Below, one piece after another: positions 38,568 through 52,690 of a DNA stretch of 64,000 nt. The notes beneath the pieces are model-generated. The model was not told the DNA's origin, did no database searches, and saw only the letters and a program-made list of their open reading frames with translations. The stretch is from contig NC_043001.1 of assembly GCF_006345805.1 (NCBI RefSeq), positions 126,108,001 to 126,172,000 of the forward strand, read 5' to 3'. Each line of letters opens with the position of its first letter. Position 1 is the first letter of the stretch. Made by a program: the position numbers and the translations under genes. This DNA is from Octopus sinensis. Taxonomy: Eukaryota.

Positions 38568-39788
38568 TGAGACTGCGACATCTCGGGCTCTATGTAGACG
38601 ACGGTGAACAGGTGTGGTCGCCGTTTGTGAGGCACGCGTTTTCGCAGCTCGTCTCCATGACCAAACTGCAGTCGTGGATCAAAAAGAGGCCGAGGAAGGG
38701 CGAATGGCACCGCGAGTGCCGCGTTGCTCTCAAGCAACTCTGCCGTCCCGGGTCGACCTTGAGTGACTTCAACACAACCAAAGCATTCTATAGGGGATTA
38801 GTGAAGGGGAGGTACGACGACGATCTTGGGAAAAACCTGGGTGTCGACGAGGAATACCTGACCCGCCTGTTTGAAACGACTTTCGGGCCGGGACCTATGG
38901 ACAACTTCCAGAGATCCCTGGCCTGGCGGTGCTACCGAGAAGCGCTACCCGTTCGGGATAAGCTCTATAGGCATGGCTTGAGAAACACGGGGCCGACCTG
39001 CTCGAGATGCGGGCAGAGCGACGAAACCGCTCTGCACGCAATCGTGCAGTGTCCAACAATCTCCGACCTGTGGGCTTATGTCGAACGACTGCTGTCACGT
39101 GTGGGACGTGTCGGTTTATGAGCCGAGTCTATCGTTAATATCGTCACGCCTCCTTCCTTCAAACGGGAAGGAAGAGCTATTTTTATCATACTTGTGGCTA
39201 TGGCGAAAGAATGTACTGGTGGACGCGCTGAAAGGATTAGAGACAAACACTTTCCTCTCTGGTCAATCTCTCATCAACTTTCAAGTATCACTTGAAAGAG
39301 AGGAAGTGAGAGTAGAGAGGCAAGTTTTGTCTAGTGAATGTTTTAAAAAAAGATGGGGAATGTAGCAAGGATGGCACGTATGAATGACGAAGCCACCTTG
39401 ACTATGATTCGATGAACCGTAAAAATTAATACAGAGAGTTGCTTATTTGCAAAAAAAAAAGAAGAAATATAACATGTGACTTCATTGACCGAGGTTACCG
39501 TGGTCTTTTCTGTAGGCTTTTCTTACCACGGGTAAACCTCACCTGTCCTCCCCTTTACACTTCATATTGACATTTCTGTGATGACGATCCCTATTGATCA
39601 ATTTTTTTCCTCACCTCCCCCCTTTTTTTAAAAATTTTATTTTATCCCCCCCTTTTTGTCCTCTTTCTTTCCATTTACGATCCCTTTTGATCGAAAACCA
39701 AACCCCCTTCTTTTACCCCCAAAAGAAAAGCTCTACCTTGTAATTTTGTCCTGTCTGTGTGCAGCCCTGTGTAGCTAATAAAGAAACA
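38568..39788 (+). mobile_element. 5'-truncated Tx1-like LINE copy (same subfamily as 7347-12712)
   Basis: High similarity to 11445-12712; (TATC)n at about 38451-38567; ends AATAAAGAAACA then TATCTA. Confidence 0.93.
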
Positions 39789-40078
39789 TATCTACGTACA
39801 TATTAGTCGTTGCTAAAATTCCACAAAAGGATTGTTGGATTTACCTGTTATGCATGAGGATTTACCTGGGATTTATATTCTACTTACATATACTGGTATC
39901 TGATTCTTGAATATTTAACCTCATTCTTTTATACTGAGTGCTTAATTGATATCTTCCAGGACTCTTTAATCCCATTTCTTCTTCTTCTTCTTCTTCTTCT
40001 TCTTCAATGTGACCGCGTGTGTACCGTTGGCGATTTTTTTCCTCTGTCTTCCATTCTCTGGATCTTTCCTTCTCCTAT

Positions 40079-40113
40079 GTTTCTGACGAAGAGCTCCACT
40101 CGAAACGTTAAAC
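40079..40113 (+). ncRNA. Minimal type I hammerhead, canonical core, in a pLTR-like unit (about 39995-40210)
   Basis: GTTT-CTGACGA-A-GAG-CTCCA-CTC-GAAAC-GTT-AAAC. Confidence 0.75.
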
Positions 40114-40203
40114 CCTCCTTCTTTCCTTCTTTCCTGAGCGTCCAATAATACTATATTTGTTCCACGTCCTCGCGTTGTGTTTTTTGTGCTTTCATGTTTG
40201 GAT

Positions 40204-40259
<56 letters not shown>

Positions 40260-40704
40260 ATATATATATTATATATATATACACACACACCACACACACC
40301 ACACACCACTTATATATATATATATATATATAATATATTATATATATATATACGTATGTATGTGTGCGCGCGTTATGTCCGTGCGTGGTGTGTGTGTGTG
40401 TGTGTGTGTGAGGACGCATGACCTAGGGCAGTCCACGCGTGTGTGTGTATTTGTGTGTGTGTGAGGACGCATGACCAAACTAAAACCCGCGGGCCGGATC
40501 CAGCCCGCAAGGTCAGTTCATCCGGCCCACCGCCGCACTGTGCCTTTTGTGTAAGTACCTGCAATGAGAGTACATTTGCCTCTGGTATGGGCATCAGTGT
40601 TTGGAACAACTAATTCCTGTGAGCAAACATTTCCAAAAATGAAGGATGTGAAGTCAGCACATCGAACGACGTTGACTGATGAACATTTGAAATTCCAAAG
40701 CTAA

Positions 40705-40937
40705 TATTACGCTTTTACTTGTTTCAGTCATTTGACTGTGGCCATGCTGGAGCACCGCCTTTAGACGAGCAAATCGACCCCAGGACTTATTCTTTGAAAG
40801 CCTAGTACTTATTCTATCGGTCTCTTTTGCCGAACCGCTTAGATACGGGAACGTAAACACACCAGCATCGGTTGTCAAGCGACGTTGGGGGGACAAACAC
40901 AGACACACAAACATACACACACACACATACACACACA

Positions 40938-40975
<38 letters not shown>

Positions 40976-41335
40976 CACACATTTAAATAATGAGGGAGAT
41001 AAATTTTATATTAATTTAATTAATACCAATTTAAAACCAGTAGCTTAGCATACAAAAATCTGAAAAATCAGACAAAATTCTAATACATGTATATATTTAA
41101 AGGCAAAAGCCACTAGGTGGTCAGCCATATGCTAGAAGTAGATCACTACGATCGATTTGTATCTATAGTTGATATATAATATATATATAATATATACATA
41201 TATATACGGCGGGCTTCTTTCAGTTTCCATCTACCAAATCCACTCACAAGGCTTTGGTCGACCCGAGGCTATAGTAGAAGACACTTGCCCAAGGAGCCAC
41301 GCAGTAGAACTGAACCCGGAATCATGTGGTTCGTA
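40705..41335 (-). mobile_element. Bipartite SINE interrupted in its microsatellite by a ~230-bp insert
   Basis: 3' half 40705-40950, 5' half 41200-41335. Confidence 0.7.
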
Positions 41336-41457
41336 TAATATTGATTATACGAACCACATGAAATGATAAGCACCAGTTTCACAAATCTCACTATCTTTTT
41401 TTACTACTTAGTCTGTGAGATTCGGATATTTGTGCACTGGGTGTGATATAACTCTTA

Positions 41458-42312
41458 CGAGGGGCGTTCAATAAGTAATGCCTCTGACCCACTTGCAGTT
41501 GTTTGATCTAGCTGAAATTTTGCATGTGCAATTACCTATATCTCTATAGATTAAGTGGCAAATTACAGCTCTGAACGAATTGTGGTTTCTGATTTACAGG
41601 TGTTTGAACTGAGTCAAGTGTGAAACGGAGCCTGTTGAGTGTCGAGCAGTGATGCGGTTTTTGTATTTGAAAGGACGCACACCACGGGAGACTTTTGATG
41701 AAATAAAAGTAACTTATGGTGATGATGCACCATGACTCACCTCCTCCAAAGAAGGCAAGGGTGCAGCCCTCCGCTGGCAAGGTCATGCTCACAGTCTTCT
41801 GGGACCAGGACGGAGTAGTGATGACAGATTTCTTGGCAAAGGGTGCCACAATTACAGGAGTCTATTATGCTTCACTTTTGAGGAAATTAAGAGAAGCTAT
41901 CAAAATCAAGAGGCGGAACAAGATCAGCAAAGGCATCCTCCTCCTGCAGGACAACGCTCCGATCCACAACTCGCGTGTCGCCAGATCAGAAGCACAGGCG
42001 TGCGGCTATGAACTCATTCCCCATCTCCTGACCTTGCACCCTCTGATTTTCACCTCTTCCCAGCCATGAAGTTGTTTTTGAAAGGAAAGCGTTTCCCAGA
42101 TGATGCAGCCTTGATTTCTGAAGTCACGTCGTGGTTGGAGGACCAAGCTGGGGTCTTCTACAAAAACGGTCTTCAGAGCTGCATCAAACGATGGGAGAAA
42201 TGCGTAACTCTGGGTGGTTCCTATGTAGAAAAAGACTAATAACTGTGCCAAGTTTCGTTGCTCTACTGCTATGGGAAGTGGGTCAGGGGCATTACTTATT
42301 GAACGCCCCTCG
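41458..42312 (+). mobile_element. Mariner (DD34D-type) internal-deletion derivative, 855 bp
   Basis: TA TSD; about 37-bp TIR CGAGGGGCGTTCAATAAGTAATGCC; CRAVMRFLYLKG (HTH), AGKVMLTVFWD, LLQDNAPIH, DLAPSDFHLF; first catalytic Asp region deleted. Confidence 0.95.
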
Positions 42313-42728
42313 TATTACTAACGCCGCCTTCTTTGATAACTTTTTGTTGAATAAATATGTTGGTTGTCTTTATTTTTTGTGTATTCACCGTATTGTAATT
42401 GAGCAAAATGGTTTTGCGGCCCGCGCTCGTCATTCTCCCAGTTATTTGGCCCGCCGTGAAAGAAGTTTAGTGACCCCTGTAGGGTTTTGCACTCACGATC
42501 GCGTTTCAATTCCTAGCCAGGTCGGTGCGTTCTGCTCTTGCGCAAAGCACTTTATCTCATGTTACTCAGCGATTGCTTCGACACCTGACATGTGGTAGGC
42601 AGTGCACTCGTCCAGACAACGTCGATTTCATGAAGGGAATGTGCTTATTGTACAGCACATACATTTGAGTAGTGGTGGTAGTGGTGGATGTGGTGAGGTG
42701 GTAACAATGGTGATGGTAGTGATGGGGG

Positions 42729-42776
<48 letters not shown>

Positions 42777-42821
42777 AACAACAAGCTGGTATTTGTAGTA
42801 GTACTTGTGGTGGTAAATACT

Positions 42822-43238
42822 TATTTCTTTACTACCCACAAGGGGCTAAACACAGAGAGGACAAACAAGGACAGACAAATGGATTAAGTCGATTATATCG
42901 ACCCCAGTGCGTAACTGGTACTTAATTTATCGACCCCGAAAGGATGAAAGGCAAAGTAGACCTCGACGGAATTTGAACTCAGAACGTAACGGCAGACGAA
43001 ATACCTATTTCTTTATTACCCACAAGGGGCTAAACATAGAGGGGACAAACAAGGACAGACATAGGTATTAAGTCGATTACATCGACCCCAGTGCGTAACT
43101 GGTGCTTAATTTATCGACCCTGAAAGGATGAAAGGCAAAGTCGACCTCGGCAGAATTTGAACTCACAACGTAACGGCAGACGAAATACCGCTAAGCATTT
43201 TGCCCAGCGTGCTAACGTTTCTGCCAGCTCGCCGCCTT
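42822..43238 (-). mobile_element. SINE head-body-tail-body-tail unit within one 17-bp TSD
   Basis: TSD TTGTG(G/C)TGGTAAATACT at 42805-42821 and 43239-43255; internal junction GAAATA|GGTATTTCGTCTG near 43005. Confidence 0.9.
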
Positions 43239-43279
43239 TTGTGCTGGTAAATACTGTAATTCTGGAGGTTATGGAAATG

Positions 43280-44290
43280 GTTGGTAGTGATGGTGGAGTT
43301 GGTGGTGGGTAAGCTGATGGAGAGGCAAAGGTGATAGTGGTGGCGGTGGTGGTGGTGGTGGTGGTGGCGATAAAGTCAGTAACTGTAGTAGCAGCAGCAG
43401 CAGCAGCAGTAGCAGGGAAGGGACAGTAATGGAGGAAGTGGAAGTTGAGGCTGTAAGAGTGACAACTGTGGCAACCCTGACGATGGCAGCAGTAGTAGCG
43501 GTGGTGGTGGTGGGGGTGACGGAAGCAGTAACTGTGGTGGTGGAGGTTAACCTTGGCATCATAGCTGTAGTGGTGGTTAATATCTGTAAAGGAGAGGGAT
43601 CGAGTGGCAGAGGAGAAGGCGTGGCAGTAAGTGAGGGTGACAGTGGTGGTGGTGGTGGTGGGAATGGTATTGTTGGTGGTGGTGGTGGCGGTGAGGGTGA
43701 CCGTAGAGGTTCTGTTAGCAATTGAGGTGGTCCAACAGGTGATAGCTCAACCATTTATGGATATAGTGGGCAATAAGACTGGGTAAATATGGCGGTGGCG
43801 GTGATGGTATATATATGGTGGTGTTGATGGTTGTAGTATTGGTACTGTGGTGGTGGTGATTGTGGTAGTTGTGGTGATTGTGGTGATTGTGCTGGTGGAG
43901 GTGATTGTGGTGTTGGTGGTGGTGGTAGTGGTGATGATGGTAGTGGTGGTGATCGTAGAGGTGGTGGAGGTAGTGGTGGTGGTAGTGGTGTTGTTGGTAG
44001 TGATGGTGATCGTAGAGGTGGTGGAGGTAGTGGTGGTGGTAATGGTGATGATGGTAGTGGTGGTGATCGTAGAGGTGGTAGAGGTAGTGGTGGTGCTGGT
44101 GATTGTGATGGCGATTGCGGCGGTGGTGGTTGTGATTGGGGTGGTGGTGGTGGCTGTGATTGTGGTGGTAGTAGTGATGATAGTGGTGGTGGTGGTGATT
44201 GTGGTCATAATTGTGGTGGTGTTAGTGGTGTTGGTGACGGCGGTGGTGATCATGGTGTTGATGTAAATGTTGGTGTTAGTGTGTGGTGGT
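43280..44290. repeat. Degenerate (GGT)/(GTG)/(GAT) tract
   Basis: Read directly from the sequence. Confidence 0.9.
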
Positions 44291-44609
44291 GCTGAGAAGT
44301 TATGTTGTGACATATACAAATCAGGTGAAGACGAGTAAAACAGTTTCATTAAAAACGAAATATTGCCTTGGTGGTCTTTTCCGTGACAACTACGGACGTC
44401 TCGCTCCACCCTACCTCACTATCCACTCTCACACATAACTTAGCTAGCTTCACCGACCGTCCCACCCGTTCATCCACCTACGTGCCTACTAACTGGGCGG
44501 CGATTTGGCAGAGCCGTTACAGCATTGGACGAAAGCATTGTGATATTTATTCCTTGATACCTTGCGTTCTGAGTTCATACCCAGTCCAGGTCAACATTGT
44601 CTTTTAATT

Positions 44610-44685
44610 TTCAGAGTCCTTGTGAATGGACTTTGGATTTTGTAGATGGAAACTGAAGGAAACTAATCGTATGTATATGTATATG

Positions 44686-44717
<32 letters not shown>

Positions 44718-45360
44718 TGTATGTATGTATGTATGTATGTATGTATGTATGTATGTATGTATGTATGTATGTATGTATGCATGTATGTATGTATGTATGT
44801 ATGTATGTATTTATGTATGTATGTATGTAGTATGTATGTATGTATTTATGTATGTATGTGTATGTATGTATGTAATGTATGTATGTATGTATGTATGTTA
44901 TGTATGTATGTATGTGTATGTATGTATGTAGTATGTATGTATGTATGTATGTATGCATGCATGTATGTATGTATGTTATGTATGTATGTATGTATGTATT
45001 ATGTATGTATGTATGTATGTATGATGTATGTATGTATGTATATATGTGTGTATGTATGTATGTATGTATGTATGTATGTATGTATGTATGTATGTATGTA
45101 TGAATGTATGTATGTATGTATTTATGTATATGTGTGTGTGTGTGTGTGTGTTTGTTCTCCCCACCGCTTGACAACCGGTGTCAGTTTGTGTACGTCCCCG
45201 TAATTTAGCGGTTCGCAAAAACAGATCGACAGAATAAGTACCAACCTAAAAAGAAAAAAAAAAAGACATGGGTCGATTTGCTCGACTTAAAACTATTCAA
45301 GTTGGTGCCCCAGCATGACCGCAGTGCAATAACAGATATAAGTAAAAGGTAAAAAATAAA
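44610..45360 (+). mobile_element. Bipartite SINE remnant with a ~480-bp (TATG)n expansion between its halves
   Basis: GTAGATGGAAACTGAAGGAAA..CGTAT on the left; CCGCTTGACAACCGGTG..GCGGTTCG on the right. Confidence 0.75.
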
Positions 45361-45837
45361 AGATGTCAATATATGATGCCGCAGTCTCGGGCGGTGGATT
45401 GGCGGAATTGTTAGAACGTCGGACGAGATGCTTGGTAATATTTGTTAGTGTTGTGAGTTCAAATCCCGCCATAGCCAATAAGGGTGGTAGACCTAATTCA
45501 TCACACGATTTATTGCCATCATCTATCATCCTGGGTGGTATTGGCGAATGGTTGTTATTATAGTAGTTGTGGGGTTGTTGTTGGTTGTGATTGTGGTAGT
45601 GTTGTTGTTTGTGTGGGTGAGAAGTTATGGTTGTAGTAGAATGAGTAAAGGCGGTGATGGCGATTGTGGTGTTGGTGGTAGTTGTGTAAACATTCGGTTA
45701 AGTCTCCGGTTCAAAGATACCTTCCTCCCTACGGCCAGCCAGTTAACGAATGCTTCGTAAAAAGTTGTAGAGAGAACACAGTTGAAATTCGAACCTTAGA
45801 TTTCAGACTTTTCCCCGTGTAGAATGACGACCTAATA

Positions 45838-46238
45838 TCTATATATATAAAACTGAAGTTGTGTGGTGTCTGTCTCCTACGATTTAGATTCCTAACTACT
45901 CCCACATTTTGCGGTGCAGTTTAACCAAAAGCGGGTATCTTATAGTCGTGATTCATATCGAGCCCTTCTGGGTATTAGCGCGCGTCTACGATGAGTCTAC
46001 GATTAAAAAAAAAATTTACCAACATTTTTTTCCATTTTTAATGCATTTTTTTTGCTATTATATAAAGGAAGTAACTCTCTAAAAATGTCTACGATGAGTC
46101 TACGATTAAAAAAAATTACCATCATTTTTTCTATTTTTAATGCATTTTTTTGCTATTATATAAGGGAAGTAACTCTCTAAAAATGCTTATATAGTTATTT
46201 CCCTTACAAACCCGAGCAACGCCGGGCGATACTGCTAG
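45838..46238 (+). mobile_element. Non-autonomous Helitron, complete
   Basis: A|TCTATATATATAAAA start; subterminal CCCG..CCGGG hairpin; CTAG|T end; about 100-bp internal tandem duplication. Confidence 0.88.
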
Positions 46239-46714
46239 TATTTCCATAAAAGTAAGAAAGTTGCCATAAAAGGTATTAAAGCCTACGCTAATATGGTTTG
46301 ATCAAACGGCACTGACTGACTTATGGCAACTTCGCTGGATGTATGTAAGTTTTTCCGCCTAATGAATTCGAGAACCTTCTGGGTCAACGGTTATTTAAAG
46401 GTGAACTAAAATCCGTCTCCATGTGGTGGAGGAACGGGTCCTACAGGTCCATCCCAGCGGTGATAGGCCACCGATGTCAGACGGGGAAACGGGACGATCT
46501 GTGTTATGTTTCGGTCGGATCATTAAGAAAGCAAAATTTAAAGATTTGTTCAGTCTGAGAAGAAATAAAGAATTGTGTTAATCCCTTTACTTAACAAATT
46601 TTGAATCAGCTTGTGAACCCTAGGATGGGAACTACTGTCCTAAATACCCCTAAAATGTCGGAATGGTTATGATTAGGAAGCCTTTGATCCAGTACCTATC
46701 ATCATCACCACTGG

Positions 46715-46771
<57 letters not shown>

Positions 46772-46800
46772 CACATACATACATACATATACATATACAT

Positions 46801-46891
<91 letters not shown>

Positions 46892-47027
46892 TTCGTTTCT
46901 CGTTGAGTTCTACGTCTAGTTGTGGTGTCCTGTACTCACGTATATATATTATATATGCATGTATATATACATGTAGATGTAGGTACGTACATATATGTTT
47001 GTATGCATGCATATATTTTATTTATTA

Positions 47028-47065
<38 letters not shown>

Positions 47066-47798
47066 TAGTAAGCGGACCTATCAATCATTTCAAGTGATTC
47101 ATGTCACGTAAATACAAATTTAATCTACAATCTTCATTTCCTTTCATTCTTTTAATTGGATATAAACTATATATATCAATATAACCAACATTATACCATG
47201 GTATTACATATCTTTAAATCTTTTTCAGACGATAGTCTCCCTTCTAAGGAAGGTGACCAATCGAGGTCGATAAAATAGTGGCTAGACCTCCTTGTGTTAT
47301 TTGCTCCTGTATGATGCCCTTTGTGGTCCAATTGCTTCGAGGTCAAACATTGTCAGGGCTCGATAAATCAAATACTAACCAATTGCGATGCATTGGCGAA
47401 ATAGTATGTTGGACGAGATACTATGTGGCATCAGTTCCGACAATACCTTGAGTTCAAATTCCGTCTCCATGTGGTAGAGGAACGGGTCCTACAGGTCCAT
47501 TCCAACAGGGATAGGTCACCGATGTCAGACGTGGAAACGGAACGATCTGTGTAATGTTTCGGCCGGATCATTGAGAAAGCAAAATTTAAAAATAGCCGGT
47601 TAAAAACTACAACAGAATTAAACAGAGATTAAAAGACATTTCTAGAAGGTGGAGCGATCACCAAGAAGCTTTCTTATTGTCTCGGGGATGAATCGTTCGA
47701 TTGGTTGATATTTGAATGTCTAGGAGGTTTGTTTGATAGATAAATGGTTATATGGTTTAGTAGATGGAAAGACAGATAGATAGCTTGATAGTTAGGTA

Positions 47799-47998
47799 TG
47801 TTTCTTTATTAGCCACACTGGGCTGAACACAGACGGGACAAATTACAAAGTAGAGGTTTTCTTTTCGGGGAGAAAAAGAAGTGGGGTAAGGAAAGGATAG
47901 ATAGATAGATAGATATGTTTCTTTATTAGCCACACAGGGCTGAACACAGAGAGGACAAATTACAAAATAGAGTTTTTCTTTTTGGGGAGAAAAAAATT
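47799..47998 (-). mobile_element. Two stacked 3'-terminal Tx1-like tails (47799-47895 and 47916-47998) in GATA repeats
   Basis: Each begins TGTTTCTTTATTAGCCACAC on plus; separated by (GATA)n. Confidence 0.88.
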
Positions 47999-48909
47999 GA
48001 TAGAGAGATAGATAGATGGATGGATAGACATATATGTAGGTAGATAATTGGAAAGGTAAATAGCTAGCTAGTTAGATAGCTTGATAAACAGAAAGTTAAA
48101 TTGATAGGTGGTAAGAAAGATAGACGGATAAATAAATTTCATAGCTGAATGGGTCGATAGATGGATAAATTTGATACAAAGATAGATGGAGAGACATAAA
48201 TATATCTACACACACACACACATGGCTCGATAGACAGTTATATAGATAAGCAGACAGAGGTTAATTAACCAGATAGATAGATAGGTAGATAGATGGATGA
48301 TTAGATAAATGGCTAGATGAATAGATAGATGGTGTGAATGGTTGGTCGGGTGGATATCCAGGAAGATGGTTTCACAGATGATGAGATGGATGGAATGATA
48401 GATGTCGGAGTAAATTAAAAAGAAGAAAGGTGGGAATAATGGTTTATGGGTTTACGGATAGTTTAGATGGAGACCAAAGCACGGTGGGATGCTATTATTA
48501 CCTTCAGGATATCTTTGTAATTTCACGTTTCACACGTATTTAATTTGCGGGAGCTATCTCGTTAAGTGTGTGTGTGTGTACATACATGCATACATACATA
48601 CATACATACATACATACATACATACATACATACATACATACATACATACATACATACATACATGTATATACACATTTGGTATTTTCCGTCTACCATATCC
48701 ATTTACAAAGTTTTGGTCGGAACTATAGTGTCAGGAAGCAAGTTTATTACCATACAGCTAAGCTTAGACCTATAATCCACTCATAAGGCTTCGATAGGCG
48801 CGGGGCAATAGTGAAAGACACTTGCCCAAGGTGCCGCACATTGGGACTCAACCCGGAAACATGGGATCAGGAAGAAAACCTTTTACACAACCATGCCTAT
48901 ATGCCAGCT

Positions 48910-49294
48910 TAATTTAATTCGCCCTCAGTCGAAAGACACCTGTTGTTAATGTCCTGTTTTTTTGTATTTGTAACTGTGTACCATTTCTCCGATTTTTTTC
49001 GTCCTTGTTTTTGTATACATTCGCTTGCTTTCTTCCAAAGAATCTAGTGCTCTTAGTTTAGATTTTCTTGGGGCCGGCCAGATTAGAGCAGTCTCGAAAA
49101 TAACCGGCCGAAGCCGCAGAGACGATCTGGTACCCGACTGAAGATTGAAAGCTCCGAATGACCCGTCCTTGTTTTTTCCTCTCCCTTTTTGCATCATCTA
49201 TCTGTTTGAATGTCTTCTTGTCACCCTTTACTTTCTTGTTCCATTCTTTTTCATAGATAGTGGCGTACTTACACTTTTGGTCTCCTGTATATAA

Positions 49295-49336
<42 letters not shown>

Positions 49337-49960
49337 TATATATATACCTCAATACTGTTACTATTTCTTTAGCCCCTTTCACACTCTCTTCGTTCCTTCC
49401 ACTTTTTCTCGCTCCTACCCTCTCTCACATTTCTCACTCTGTCCCTTTCCTTTTTTCTCTCTTTCTCGTCCCTCCCTAATTCTTCAACCACTCTATCCCC
49501 TACACCTCTCCTCTTCTTCCACGTGACCAGTATTCGGCCAAGCTTCTCCTTTCTTTCTTGGTTCGACTACCATCCGTGTAGTATCTCTTATATTCCTTCC
49601 CATGACTTTCATCTTCTATGTTCCTGGCGTAAAGCTTTACTTCCACACACACCAGCCTAATTTAATTCGTCCTTAGTCGAAAGACACCTGTTGTTAATGC
49701 CATGTTGTTTGTATTTGTAACTGTGTACCATTTCCCCGATTTTTTCGTCCTTGTTTTCGTATACATTCGCTTGTTTTCCTCCAAAGAATCAAGTGCTCTT
49801 AGCTTAGATTTTCGTGGGGCCGGCCAGATTAGAGCAGTCTCGAGAGTAACTGGCCGAAACTGCAAAGACGATCTGGTACTCGACTGAAGATTGAAAGCTC
49901 CGAATGACCCGTCTTTGTTTTTTCCTGTCATTTTTTGTATCGTCTGCCTGTCCGAATGTT
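48910..49960. repeat. Two diverged ~290-bp direct repeats (48910-49200 and 49655-49960), unclassified
   Basis: Both begin TTAATTCG..CAGTCGAAAGACACCTGTTGTTAATG and contain GAAAGCTCCGAATGACCCGTC. Confidence 0.85.
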
Positions 49961-50172
49961 TTGTTGTCGCCTGTTACGTTTTTGCTCCATTTTTTTGTTT
50001 TGTTATATATATATATATATAAGGGTAAGATCGTTAATTTAAATTAAATACCGATCTTATCAAGTGGCCAGCATGGACATAAAAACCTTCAAAGGTAATA
50101 ATTATTATTAAAATTATAATTTAAGGTATCTACGAGATACCGCCATGGTGAAAATAGCATTTTCAGCGTGGC

Positions 50173-50210
<38 letters not shown>

Positions 50211-50779
50211 TATATGGGAACAGGACGTCACCAACTGTAAACAACATGAAGTACGAAAACAAACAAGTTAAATAAGCAAACAATGAGAGAAAAATGGAAA
50301 ACAGGACAAGTAACACAAAGATAGATAGATAGATGGTGATTAGATAAATGGCTAGTTGAATAGATAGAAGGTGTGAATGGTTGGTCGGGTGGATGTCCAG
50401 GAAGATGGTTTCACGGATGATGGTTTCATCAGTTGTCGGCTGTCTATCTACTCCTTATATCGAGCATTCAACGACAATATGAGTCTTCGAAGACAGTGGA
50501 TTTATGGAGGGTCAAAGTTGGGAACAAAAACAGTACAGTGGAGGCATACAAGGAAGACGAACGAAAACAAACATGAAGGGTCGTTAGACCAGAACGAGGG
50601 GAAAATAGTGAACGGTGGGAGAAATATTTTCTTTGAAAATAGAAAATATAGAAGAGAGTGATAGAAGACGTCCCGTCCTTAGAAAGTCCTGTTTTCCATT
50701 TTTTCTCTCGTTGTTTGCGTATTTAACTCATTTGTTTTCGTACTTCATGTTTACAGTTGTGACGTTCTGTACCCATATA

Positions 50780-51400
<621 letters not shown>

Positions 51401-52286
51401 TGATCCCTCTTATAGCCATTTTTTACCTTGAGAAATCGATCTCTTGTAAAGACATCAGAATATTTTTGAGCACTACTAAATGTCTTCTATACTGAAAATC
51501 TCTGGATCTCATCTGTGGACTATATATGTGTGTGTGTGTTTGTGTGTATGTGCGTGTATGTGTGTGTGTAAGTGTTAAAGTATTTAAGCGTTCACACATG
51601 CACACGTATGCACACACATAACCACAACGTATATTTACGGACATATACACGTTCAGTTTTCGACATTTTATCCTAGAGTTGTAAATTATCCAGAGTTAAG
51701 GTGATTCGGCACCAAACACCACAAACCACCACCACCACCACCACCACCACCACCAATCACCACCACAACCACCACCACCACCACCACCACCACCACCACC
51801 ACCACCACCACACCACCACCACCACCACCACCACCACCACCGTCAGTATCAACCTCCGTCATCACCGCTCGCCTCCACTAGCTCCACCATCTTCACCATC
51901 CATATCACCAGTACCGCCAGTACAACCAGCGCCGCCTCCATTTCACCATCAACAAATATACCACTTCACGTCAGTCTAAATCCGATTTAATCTTTCTGAT
52001 CTTAGGTTGATGCTAAGTAGTTAAGAATATTCTAGAGACGCCAAATTATCATTGCTGTGAGGAAACTGAAGTGGGGGGGCTTCGTTGCCGGCAGAAACAA
52101 TTTGTATCGATAGTGAGTCTTTCAGGAAGGACCGCCCCATCATTTCGAGTTCTAAAACTGGAATACGCATACAGACATACAGACATCACATACATACAAA
52201 TGCATACATACAAATACATACATACATATCCACATATATACGTACATACATAACTAGTTCTTCAGCTGGAATACACACTACAGACA

Positions 52287-52368
<82 letters not shown>

Positions 52369-52371
<3 letters not shown>

Positions 52372-52442
52372 ATCAAAAGAAAAACAGGACGCAAAGGGTA
52401 TGTACCGCAAAATCCTTTGCGTCCTGTTTTTCTTTTGATACA
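52369..52442. repeat. Perfect 29-bp inverted repeat with a 16-nt loop
   Basis: Arms 52369-52397 and 52414-52442. Confidence 0.92.
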
Positions 52443-52462
52443 TATATCCTATCACCTATACC

Positions 52463-52690
52463 TATTTCTTTATTACCCACAAGGGGCTAAACACAGAGGG
52501 GACAAACAAGGACAGACATAGGTATTAAGTCGATTACATCGACCCCAGTGCGTAACTGGTTCTTAATTTATCGACCCCGAAAGGATGAAGAGCAAAGTCG
52601 ACCTCGGCGGAATTTGAACTCAGAACGTAGCGGCAGACGAAATACCGCTTAGCATTTCGCCCGGCGTGCTAACGTTTCTGCCAGGTCGCC
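52463..52690 (-). mobile_element. SINE, tail type 1, full length
   Basis: TSD TATCACCTATACC at 52450-52462 and 52691-52703. Confidence 0.92.

Noticed and set aside
40425-40620. hAT-type MITE end (CCCGCGGGCCGGATCCAGCCCGC)
   Set aside because: Resembles hAT subterminal motifs, but I found no second terminus or 8-bp TSD, so it is not listed as a feature.
42822-43238. CRISPR-like or regularly spaced repeat array
   Set aside because: The repeats are SINE bodies and there are no unique spacers; no CRISPR array or cas gene anywhere in the window.
49812-49870. GGCCAG...CTGGCC-GAAAC as hammerhead stem II
   Set aside because: No CUGANGA upstream and no stem III or cleavage triplet.
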